A stretch of DNA of 64,000 nt from a virus (Duplodnaviria > Caudoviricetes), in the IMG/VR virus record IMGVR_UViG_3300037067_012088, positions 32,001-96,000 of that record. One strand, given 5' to 3'. The translations under genes and the position numbers were made by a program. The notes below the pieces were generated by a model. The model was not told the DNA's origin, did not search any database, and was given only the letters and a program-made list of their open reading frames with translations. Shown one piece after another: positions 48,541 to 56,471 of the stretch. Every line of letters starts with the position of its first letter. Positions within the stretch are counted from its first letter, which is position 1.

Positions 48541-49514
48541 TAGAGCAGTCCCCTCTCGTTCGCATACTCCAGATCAATCCTACGCACCTCGTCGCCCAAT
48601 TGAAGGATGCGCATGACCTTGTTTGCGGCGTCCGCGCGCCCGTCCGCAAAAACGGCCTGAAACGAGAGCGGGTATTTCGTGAGTAATTCGCGGAGGTTAA
48701 AGAACACGTGGCTTTCGCTCACCTTCGACCACCGCATCTGGGGTAGGTAGCTGAACGACAAGGCTTGCGTCAAAGGTGTCTCGACCACCATGACGATGTA
48801 GTGCCCCTTCTCGGCGGCGCGGGCCAGTTCGCGGTCAAAACGCTCGAATCCCACGTCGATGGAGATGCTGTCATCCACCTTCTTGCGTTTGTTCTGACGC
48901 AGGTTGAGGGTGCCGACCATGTCGGAGACGGACTTGCGTTCGATGTAGATCCCCTTGTCATGCGGCGCGGCCAAAGCATAGTCTCCCTCATCCAGCTTGG
49001 CTCGAATCGTAGTGACCGGGAACTGGAGAACCGACTGCTCACGCGTATCGCATATAATGCACTTATCACCCAAATCTGCCGCTATAGCAGGATTCTGTTC
49101 TGTATACGATACATACCGCTCCTTGAATCCCAGTTCGCGCGCAATCTCATAGTAGTCGCCCACGTGATTGTAGTAGGCCATACTCGGGCACTGAAGAGAC
49201 CTCAGCTCAACCTGACTCGGCGCATAGACCAGTCCCTTCTCTTCCTTCCGTCGCCTTAACCACTCAATCGCCCACTCGCGCCCGGCCACAGGTTCCCTCT
49301 TCAGGTAGGCTTTGATGGCGTTTTTGTCGATGAAGTCTTGGGAGAGATACTGAATCCAGTCCTTGAAGGGAATGGGTTTGCCGGTGCCCTTGCACACACG
49401 GGGCTCGTGCCGAATGTAATAGTCAGCCTGCTTAACCTTGAGCCGGCGCAGATGGGCGTGCAAGATTTCGCGCGACTCATGAACGGTCTGGTCGATTTGG
49501 CAGATGACCGACAT
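48540..49514 (-). CDS. ERCC4-domain nuclease
   Basis: 'DTREQ', 'LDEGDY', 'IERKSVSD' (ERKxxxD). Confidence 0.85.
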   Translation of the reverse strand: MSVICQIDQTVHESREILHAHLRRLKVKQADYYIRHEPRVCKGTGKPIPFKDWIQYLSQDFIDKNAIKAYLKREPVAGREWAIEWLRRRKEEKGLVYAPSQVELRSLQCPSMAYYNHVGDYYEIARELGFKERYVSYTEQNPAIAADLGDKCIICDTREQSVLQFPVTTIRAKLDEGDYALAAPHDKGIYIERKSVSDMVGTLNLRQNKRKKVDDSISIDVGFERFDRELARAAEKGHYIVMVVETPLTQALSFSYLPQMRWSKVSESHVFFNLRELLTKYPLSFQAVFADGRADAANKVMRILQLGDEVRRIDLEYANERGLL

Positions 49515-49516
49515 GA

Positions 49517-50770
49517 TTAGGCGCCCCTGATAGCCTCTTGGCGCGATTGTCCCGCTATCAAAGCCACCACCGAATCGAAGTTGGACAGTCTATCGAACTC
49601 CTTCTCGTCCGCCAGATGCTCGGCCTGACCTTGACTGATAAGCCCCTTGCGCGCGTCTTCATCCTTCTGCCATGCCTCAAGCAGGGGCAGCACCGATTCA
49701 CTTCGGCGCGTCTTGAGATCCTCACGTTCCGAGCGCGTGGATTCGAGAGTCTTGATGAGGGTCGCGTATTCCTTGACGCACTTGTCGAGCTTCTCTTGGG
49801 TGCCGTTCACCAGTTCCACCATGTTCTGCGAGAGGACGGCGCGCCCCTTTTCATCGGTTGACTCCATCTGCTCCTCCATTTGCTGCACGATCTTCTGGAG
49901 GCGGCGCTCCGTCTGTGCGATCTTGACCTTGGCTGCGCTGGCTTGGATGTAGAGATTCTGGTCGGCGGAGGTGAGGTCCGGCTTGTCGTGAGTCAGCGTG
50001 ATGAAATGGCTCTCGAACAAGGTCCGCTCCATCTTCTTGACATACTGTTGGGCTTGATAGCGGAACGATACGCTCTTGACGTAACCCATCAGCGCGTAGA
50101 GGCACTTGTATTCGAGGGGCTTGAGCGCGTCGCCCTTGTAGGCGTTCTTGCCCGGGTCCATCGGGTTGCTGACGTAGCCATTGACTCGTCCGACCATTTC
50201 CATGATGGACTTGCACGGCTTGTATTCGGCGGATTCAACTGGCTCGTCCCACATGTCCAACGCCGATTCGTTATACTCCTTGACGAACTCGAAGATGGCC
50301 TTATACTCGCGCGAACCGGGTTTGACCACCATCACCTCGGGGAATATCATGCGCACCAGTTCGTTTAGCTTGGGCGGATTGGGGGAGTTGAGCAACGAGA
50401 CGATGGAATCAACCTGCTGCTGGGTCAGGACGATCTTGCCCTTGTTGACGTATTGAGTAGTCTTGATGACCTTGGGCGGCTCCGTGCCATCAGGATTCAG
50501 AGTAGCGATGTAGGCTTTGATGGACTTGGCTTCAGTGTGGTGGCCGTTAAGGGTCGGATTGCCAAACGCCTGTCTGGTCAGTTCCTTCAATTCGAGCTTA
50601 TCCCAGTTGGCACGGGTGAAGGTCTTCTGCTCCTCAGTCAACTCGACGATCTCATAGTTGGCATTGACGTAGTTGCCCTGACGCTTGGGCTTCTTGGTGG
50701 GCTCGGGAGTCTTGGGAGACTCACCAGTCTCGGTAACCTCGTCTAGCGGGAATGGGGGTTCGTCACTCAT
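49517..50770 (-). CDS. Hypothetical helical protein, possible terminase small subunit
   Basis: ATGA-coupled to the sigma gene; C-terminal coiled coil; upstream of terL. Confidence 0.5.
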   Translation of the reverse strand: MSDEPPFPLDEVTETGESPKTPEPTKKPKRQGNYVNANYEIVELTEEQKTFTRANWDKLELKELTRQAFGNPTLNGHHTEAKSIKAYIATLNPDGTEPPKVIKTTQYVNKGKIVLTQQQVDSIVSLLNSPNPPKLNELVRMIFPEVMVVKPGSREYKAIFEFVKEYNESALDMWDEPVESAEYKPCKSIMEMVGRVNGYVSNPMDPGKNAYKGDALKPLEYKCLYALMGYVKSVSFRYQAQQYVKKMERTLFESHFITLTHDKPDLTSADQNLYIQASAAKVKIAQTERRLQKIVQQMEEQMESTDEKGRAVLSQNMVELVNGTQEKLDKCVKEYATLIKTLESTRSEREDLKTRRSESVLPLLEAWQKDEDARKGLISQGQAEHLADEKEFDRLSNFDSVVALIAGQSRQEAIRGA

Positions 50771-51483
50771 GTCAAATCCATGTCCATCATGATTTGGCGC
50801 GCCATCTTGATGAAGCGATTTCGCGCTTTGGTGATGGCAATCGGAGTGCGGGTGATACATGTGACCTTAATACCCATCTCCTTAGCCACCCGCTTAATCG
50901 GCCAATGCCGGATATAGATGAGTCGATACAGTTTAGCATCGCTCTTGGTCAGCTTCTTGAGCATGACCTTGTCGAGGGCAGCCTTGTGACCCTCTGTGTC
51001 CGCGAAATCAGAGGGAATGTTGTGATGCTCATCGGTGTGGGATTCAAGGGACATTGGGGCCGACAGATTCGCTTGAACTCCCTTCTTCTTTTCCCATGCA
51101 GCGTAAAGAGGACAATGACAGTCTTGCTTACCGGTCGGACTCTTGTGCCAATGACAGATAGAATCCCCCCCATTGAAGCGACAGGGGACCCCGTATACAC
51201 CTGAAGCCAGACATGGGCGCGCTGCTTTGAACAAGTGTTTCCTCAACATGTTGATGATGGCGTTCGTCAACACCGTGTTGCACCACTTGTCGAATGGACG
51301 CGATACGTCATACTGGTGAATCACTTTCCACACGTGAACCATCAACTCGCTCGACACATCCTCAAAGGGCATGGTCGTGAGCACCCACTTGCTGCGCCGC
51401 TGGTTGACCAGCCTCTGTATCTCGGCGTAATACTGATTGAAGAGGGCGGTGTTACCCTCTGGTGGCTGCTTGTCGGCGGCCAT
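50767..51483 (-). CDS. Phage sigma factor (probable late sigma) with Cys/His-rich insertion
   Basis: Region 2 'FEDVSSELMVHVWK..HQYD..RPFDKWCNTV'; region 4 'PIKRVAKEMG'. Confidence 0.8.
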   Translation of the reverse strand: MAADKQPPEGNTALFNQYYAEIQRLVNQRRSKWVLTTMPFEDVSSELMVHVWKVIHQYDVSRPFDKWCNTVLTNAIINMLRKHLFKAARPCLASGVYGVPCRFNGGDSICHWHKSPTGKQDCHCPLYAAWEKKKGVQANLSAPMSLESHTDEHHNIPSDFADTEGHKAALDKVMLKKLTKSDAKLYRLIYIRHWPIKRVAKEMGIKVTCITRTPIAITKARNRFIKMARQIMMDMDLT

Positions 51484-51914
51484 TACCGTTTGCGAGACCG
51501 CGTTTTCTTGGCCGGCGCGACCTCGGAAGCCTCAGCTTGGGTGAAGGCCTCACGCACGTTACCTAGGGTCCCAAGCTTGACATTGGTGCCCTCTGACGCG
51601 AGAGATATATTGAACCCGCCACGAAGACTAGCAGTCAATTGGGCAGCGCGAGATTGCATCCGTTCTGGGCTATAGTAATCGTCAGCACTGCGTTCCTCGC
51701 GACCTGTGGGCTCGGGCGCGTAAAGGGGCTGCGGGCGACGAAGGGCCGGCTGTTCGCTGGCGATAATCACCTTGGGCGGCGTGCCGGCGGGTTGCGAAAC
51801 GGGGGTGGTGAGGAAGGCGGTAGTCATGTCTTTCGAGCATGAACCGCAGAATCGAGGCTTCTCGATCTCGTAGAGGTTGGGTTTAGAGCAATGTGGGCAC
51901 CACGTTCTTGACAT
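51483..51914 (-). CDS. Zinc-ribbon protein
   Basis: CPHC...FCGSC N-terminus. Confidence 0.75.
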   Translation of the reverse strand: MSRTWCPHCSKPNLYEIEKPRFCGSCSKDMTTAFLTTPVSQPAGTPPKVIIASEQPALRRPQPLYAPEPTGREERSADDYYSPERMQSRAAQLTASLRGGFNISLASEGTNVKLGTLGNVREAFTQAEASEVAPAKKTRSRKR

Positions 51915-51937
51915 TTTGGATGATCTCCTATACTAGA

Positions 51938-51965
51938 ATCATAACGCAAATCACTCCGCTGTCAA
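51938..51965 (-). promoter_or_regulatory. Sigma70-type promoter TTGACA-N16-TATGAT
   Basis: Heads the zinc ribbon-sigma-ERCC4-terL operon. Confidence 0.7.
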
Positions 51966-53050
51966 CTCTTGGGGGCCGTTAGCTCGGCTTCACCCTTGGG
52001 GTCAATGAGACCCAACGCCACCTCAGTCTTGACCTGCTGCTTCTGCCAAAACGAGCCGTCCTTGCCCATGCGGTATTCGAGGTGCTCGTCAAGAGTATCA
52101 ATAGCTTTCGTGTCCCCCTTGGCGGCGGCCTCGTCGCGCAGATCTTGGATGGCCTGAGTCTTCCTCTTGTCGAGTTCGTGCTTGATCCAAAGACGCCGAA
52201 TCGCGAAGTAGGCAGCGACCAACGCACTCAGTAGGATACCCCCCATCAGGTATGGGAACCACGGCTGATTTGTGAGCCAGTCGATGAAGATGGAGATAAG
52301 ACCTATGATAACACCACCTGCCGCGAGCCCTGCGCCCTCAACGACCAACTTGAACACCGCGAGAAGGACTACGCCCACCACGATGAGACCAAGACCCGCG
52401 ATCCGGGTCCAAAGCACCCATTGCGCGCGCTCCTTGCTCGCCGCCTCGTCTTTGATACGCTGTATCTCGGCATCCTTAGCCGCGAGAGCCTTCTTGATGT
52501 CGTCAGCGTGCTTGGCTTGCTCTGCTAGCTTCTCTCGGGCGAGACGGGCGATATCCGTTTCGCGTGCCTTGATAGTCTCATCGCGCTTGACTATCTCGGC
52601 ATCCTTGGCTGCAATCTCAGCGCGCGCGGTTTTGGTCGCGGCATCAGCCTCTGCATAGCGTCTCAACGCCTCGTCGCGTTGACCGGTTACGAGAAGGACC
52701 ACTCGCTCAAGGGCCTTGACCGTCTCTTCTGGATCGTCCTTGCCCAGTCGCTGTTTGCCCAGTTTGCTCTCCTCTGCGGCGGCCTCACGAGCGGGACTGA
52801 AGTCCATGTAGTCAAGGGCTTTGAGCACCCCAAGGAAGTTGGATGCCGCCTTGGCCGCGAGAGCCTGTTCCAGCAGACGCGCTTCCTGTTCAGCCTTGAC
52901 TTGGGCGGTGAGTCCCTTAATCTGCTCATCCTTGGCGACACCTAATGCGGTGGCGGCGGGACCTTCGGGGACGATAATGGTGTCAGTCTGACAACCGGTG
53001 AAGCCTACGATCAGGAGGGCGGCTATAAGGAGGGCTAATACACGCTTCAT
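51962..53050 (-). CDS. Lipoprotein with coiled coil and C-terminal TM helices (spanin-like lysis protein)
   Basis: Lipobox 'FTGC', long A/K/E coiled coil, three hydrophobic segments. Confidence 0.6.
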   Translation of the reverse strand: MKRVLALLIAALLIVGFTGCQTDTIIVPEGPAATALGVAKDEQIKGLTAQVKAEQEARLLEQALAAKAASNFLGVLKALDYMDFSPAREAAAEESKLGKQRLGKDDPEETVKALERVVLLVTGQRDEALRRYAEADAATKTARAEIAAKDAEIVKRDETIKARETDIARLAREKLAEQAKHADDIKKALAAKDAEIQRIKDEAASKERAQWVLWTRIAGLGLIVVGVVLLAVFKLVVEGAGLAAGGVIIGLISIFIDWLTNQPWFPYLMGGILLSALVAAYFAIRRLWIKHELDKRKTQAIQDLRDEAAAKGDTKAIDTLDEHLEYRMGKDGSFWQKQQVKTEVALGLIDPKGEAELTAPKS

Positions 53051-53060
53051 GCCATGTAGG

Positions 53061-53086
53061 ATACACCGGAAGAGGGGTGGTTTGAC
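53061..53086 (-). promoter_or_regulatory. Late-type promoter GTCAAAC-N12-GGTGTAT
   Basis: Motif match. Confidence 0.75.
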
Positions 53087-53098
53087 TCACGAATCTGC

Positions 53099-53127
53099 TT
53101 GACGCGGCGCGCCAAGAGGAGCAGAAT
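53099..53127 (+). promoter_or_regulatory. Sigma70-type promoter TTGACG-N17-CAGAAT
   Basis: Precedes the + strand two-gene island; ATG 8 nt downstream. Confidence 0.55.
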
Positions 53128-53135
53128 AGTCGAGA

Positions 53136-53513
53136 ATGGATACTGAAACCTACTCCTTATCTGAGGCGTTCGACGCGATACGCAGTTTTATGGCCGATAC
53201 AGCCGCTCCGCTACCTGACTACGTCACCTACGATCCCGCGCTCACAGATGGCGACTTCAAGGTGATTAGGGAGACCTCACATGACGGGACCTTGTGGTTC
53301 ACCATAGACCGACTGAAAGACGTTCTCTTGACGGTTTTGCATAAGACGTGCGACAAGAAGGGGCGGACGCCACCCGAAGGGACCACCGACATCGAGTATA
53401 CCGTGGGACCCATCACGATTGAGACGGAATATGGTCTTCAAGACCTGCCCGCCGGGCGCTTCCCGGGACAGATTGATACTATCACCATGCCGGTTGTCGC
53501 GCGTTATGTTTAG
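53136..53513 (+). CDS. Hypothetical protein
   Basis: 125-aa ORF. Confidence 0.65.
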   Translation: MDTETYSLSEAFDAIRSFMADTAAPLPDYVTYDPALTDGDFKVIRETSHDGTLWFTIDRLKDVLLTVLHKTCDKKGRTPPEGTTDIEYTVGPITIETEYGLQDLPAGRFPGQIDTITMPVVARYV

Positions 53514-53516
53514 TCC

Positions 53517-53777
53517 ATGAACCGGCGCACCTTCTTCTCCCGACTGGCGGTTTCGCTAGTCTCCCTTCCCGCGATAGGTCGGGCGGTCACCACGCCGCGA
53601 ACCCTGTGGTTTGATGGTGAAAACGACTACCTCAAAACGGCAAAATGGGATGGGAAGCTACGACACCTGCCCGGCGTGAGCGGGAACTACTTCACCACTA
53701 CCGACAGTTCGGCCCTCAAAGTCGAGGGCGACGTAGAATGGACCATCGTAATGAAGCCCGCTCCCCGAATCACCTAG
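53517..53777 (+). CDS. Small protein with twin-arginine-like signal and fibre-domain-like motifs
   Basis: 'MNRRTFF' plus hydrophobic stretch; 'LWFDGENDYLKT' and 'GVSGNYFTTTDS'. Confidence 0.7.
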   Translation: MNRRTFFSRLAVSLVSLPAIGRAVTTPRTLWFDGENDYLKTAKWDGKLRHLPGVSGNYFTTTDSSALKVEGDVEWTIVMKPAPRIT

Positions 53778-54267
53778 TCGGATCAAACACTACACATCCG
53801 ACATATCGCCCGACCACGTTCTCTTCCGTGATGAACCGATTGACGTTCGCGCTGTTGTCGTTATCGAAATTGTTGTAGCCCTTGAGGACAAGGCGACCGC
53901 CCGAGTTGCCTACGCAGGTATGCAGGATAATGGGGCCGTCAGGAGATAGACGATACAAGATGATATCACCAATCTTGATGTCGGAGACCTTAACTTTCTC
54001 GGCTACGATATAAAAGTTGCCCCATAGAATCGGCTCCATGGAATGGGTCTCTTGAATCGAATAGGGCTTGGCGTTAGGGATTAGACTCGCAAGAGTGTGA
54101 GCGATAGTCTCGGCTTGGGCGCGGGAAAGGCTGCTCTTGGGGCGCCAGACTTGAGAATAGTCGAGTTGGGAGGCTGGAACGGGCTGTTTGGGCGCGGTGG
54201 ATTCAGGTCGCTCTGGTCCGCAAGCGGGCAGGAACAGGAGAACAAAAAGGAGTAGGAGGTATCTCAT
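53770..54267 (-). CDS. Lipoprotein with S26 (SipW/ER-type) signal peptidase-like domain
   Basis: Lipobox 'LPAC'; 'SMEPIL', 'IGDIILY', 'ILH', 'LKGYNN..D'. Confidence 0.7.
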   Translation of the reverse strand: MRYLLLLFVLLFLPACGPERPESTAPKQPVPASQLDYSQVWRPKSSLSRAQAETIAHTLASLIPNAKPYSIQETHSMEPILWGNFYIVAEKVKVSDIKIGDIILYRLSPDGPIILHTCVGNSGGRLVLKGYNNFDNDNSANVNRFITEENVVGRYVGCVVFDPTR

Positions 54268-55022
54268 ATGAAGTGAGCGTAGACGTTTCCCATAACGGGG
54301 TCAAGCACTCCGTCGCCGCTTACCATGTTGATCGAGATATAGACACCAGAGCGCGCGGCCGGAAGGAGGGCCTGCCACGGTGTTACGATGACGGTGTTTT
54401 GGACATTGATGGGGGCGACGATAGGGACAGCAGAGATAAAGGAGTAGTTGGTGGCGGTCGTGTTGAAGGAGTCGCGATACTTGAGCCACAAACGGGAGTT
54501 CGCGGCACCGGCAGTGGCTTGTTTATTGACCACCATACGCCCGCTGGTGTAGTTTGTCAAGTCTATATAGGTGACTAGGCGGGAAGAGGCGTTGAGAAAC
54601 CCCTCCGCCGCCGCCATGTTGGTGAGAGTGAAACCGGCTGGATTAGTCGCAATGGGGAGGTAGAGAGGAGAGGTGCCGCCACCCGCTGGCCCGGCGGGAC
54701 CAACAATCGATGCACCACTCGCACCCTGTAGACCTTGCGCTCCAGAAGGGCCGACGATGGACGCACCGCTTAAACCGGGGACGCCAGATGGCCCGATAAT
54801 AGAAGCCCCAGACGGTCCTATGCTGCCTCCTCCACCCGATGCTATCGCGGCATAGACAGAGACATACTGGTTAACGCACCAACCAGATAGAGCCTCCACC
54901 TTGACACAAGTCTGTGCGCCAGTGACAGAGGTGCCGCTGGAGTCAACCACCAATTGGGTTACCGCAGTATCAAGCGTCGCAATCTGCGGGCCATAATCGG
55001 GAGAGGTGTTGGAGATGTGCAT
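54264..55022 (-). CDS. Collagen-like fibre protein
   Basis: Interrupted Gly-X-Y repeats 'GPSGASIIGPSGVPGLSGASIVGPSGAQGLQG'. Confidence 0.7.
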   Translation of the reverse strand: MHISNTSPDYGPQIATLDTAVTQLVVDSSGTSVTGAQTCVKVEALSGWCVNQYVSVYAAIASGGGGSIGPSGASIIGPSGVPGLSGASIVGPSGAQGLQGASGASIVGPAGPAGGGTSPLYLPIATNPAGFTLTNMAAAEGFLNASSRLVTYIDLTNYTSGRMVVNKQATAGAANSRLWLKYRDSFNTTATNYSFISAVPIVAPINVQNTVIVTPWQALLPAARSGVYISINMVSGDGVLDPVMGNVYAHFI

Positions 55023-55034
55023 GGGAGCACGACC

Positions 55035-56471
55035 TTAGATTCCCAAGGAATATTTATCGTTTAAATATCCGATAATAATATCTTGCTGGGCGGTGTTGTG
55101 GGCGGTGTTGAAGACGAGGACTTCGGAAGCGGTGATGTTGCCGAAATCAGTGGTATTTCCTCTTGCTCCAAGAATGAATCCGTTCATGGAATCAGAGCCG
55201 GCGTTCCCCGTGGTCGCGGCGACACGATTAATTCGGATTAAAGACGACGCACCGTTAAATCCGACTGTTACTATACCTTGAGTGGCCACAGCCAATCCGG
55301 TGGTGAAGATGGTTCCTCCGGCATAGGCAGTTAAACGCGGCGTAGTGATATCCTGCAAAAGTCCTCCGCTTAATGCGGTATTGCCATCAAATATATGATC
55401 CGTGTTCGTCCACGTCACCTGTTTGCCCACAAAGTAAACCGTTGTCGGTTGAGCCAACGTAAACGCCCCCGTCTTGAGATAGTCATTGGTCCCATCGAAG
55501 TAGAGGCAGCTCGCCGTGACCACGGTCGCGCCGCCATTCAGGGTAATGGTCGCCGCATTCACCGAGCTATCCGTAAACGTCGTGCCCGAGACATAGGTGG
55601 CGGGATTGAAGTCGAAGCGGAGATCCGTGCCATCAAGACCGGCGTAGATTTGGGTGCGATAGATGCGGCCGGCAAAAGACTCAAGGGTTCCTTGGGTTGA
55701 ACTTCCAATCTCTAGCGCATTACTCCCGTTGAATATAGATGTCGTTCCAGCAGTCGTTACGGGACTACCTAGCTGTGTCCACGTAGTGCCATTGAGCGAT
55801 GTGTAAAATATAGCAGTCTTGTTTCCTGCCCCATCATCCACGTCCAGCGTGACACGAATCCATAATGGATCTAAATTCGTGACGCTCGGGGCCACAGTTG
55901 AGTCATATACCACGTTTGCGGCGCCGCTATTACCTACCGGATTGGTTACCAGTCTGATGACTCCGGTTGTTGCAATCACTTGCAACATATAGCATCGATT
56001 GTTTGTTGTCCCGTCGAATTTAGCAATAATGGCCTGCGTAGAGCTTGGGGTCCAATCAATCGCCGCACAATACGCACGCAGATCAATATCTCCAGTAATA
56101 CTCACCGCCGCCGAATCCGGAGTCGAGAAGTAGTTCCCCGCCACCCCATTCAGATACCCATAGTTATTCCCCACCCCACCCCCATGCGGCAGCCAAGTTG
56201 GCTGGTTAGCCGCAGTAACCTGTTGCAGGCTCTTGTTGAGCGTGATACGCGAGGGCGCGAGGTTGAGCCATTGGGAGACGGTGTTGGCCGCGCCAACGGT
56301 GAGGCCGTAGCCGCCCATATAATGTTGGACGCAAGAATCGTTATACAGATTGGCCTTGGCGAGCTGACCGAGGAGCTGTGCGTCGCGCTGACTCAGGCCG
56401 GCGAAGCCGAGCTTCGTGAGCTTGTTGGATACGTTCTTGACGACGACAGGGACTTGATAGAGCTTGGCCAT
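55035..56471 (-). CDS. Fibre/adhesin with LamG-like beta-sandwich domains
   Basis: 'YFDGTNDYL', 'SITGDIDLR'; paralogue of 56471-58399. Confidence 0.7.
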   Translation of the reverse strand: MAKLYQVPVVVKNVSNKLTKLGFAGLSQRDAQLLGQLAKANLYNDSCVQHYMGGYGLTVGAANTVSQWLNLAPSRITLNKSLQQVTAANQPTWLPHGGGVGNNYGYLNGVAGNYFSTPDSAAVSITGDIDLRAYCAAIDWTPSSTQAIIAKFDGTTNNRCYMLQVIATTGVIRLVTNPVGNSGAANVVYDSTVAPSVTNLDPLWIRVTLDVDDGAGNKTAIFYTSLNGTTWTQLGSPVTTAGTTSIFNGSNALEIGSSTQGTLESFAGRIYRTQIYAGLDGTDLRFDFNPATYVSGTTFTDSSVNAATITLNGGATVVTASCLYFDGTNDYLKTGAFTLAQPTTVYFVGKQVTWTNTDHIFDGNTALSGGLLQDITTPRLTAYAGGTIFTTGLAVATQGIVTVGFNGASSLIRINRVAATTGNAGSDSMNGFILGARGNTTDFGNITASEVLVFNTAHNTAQQDIIIGYLNDKYSLGI

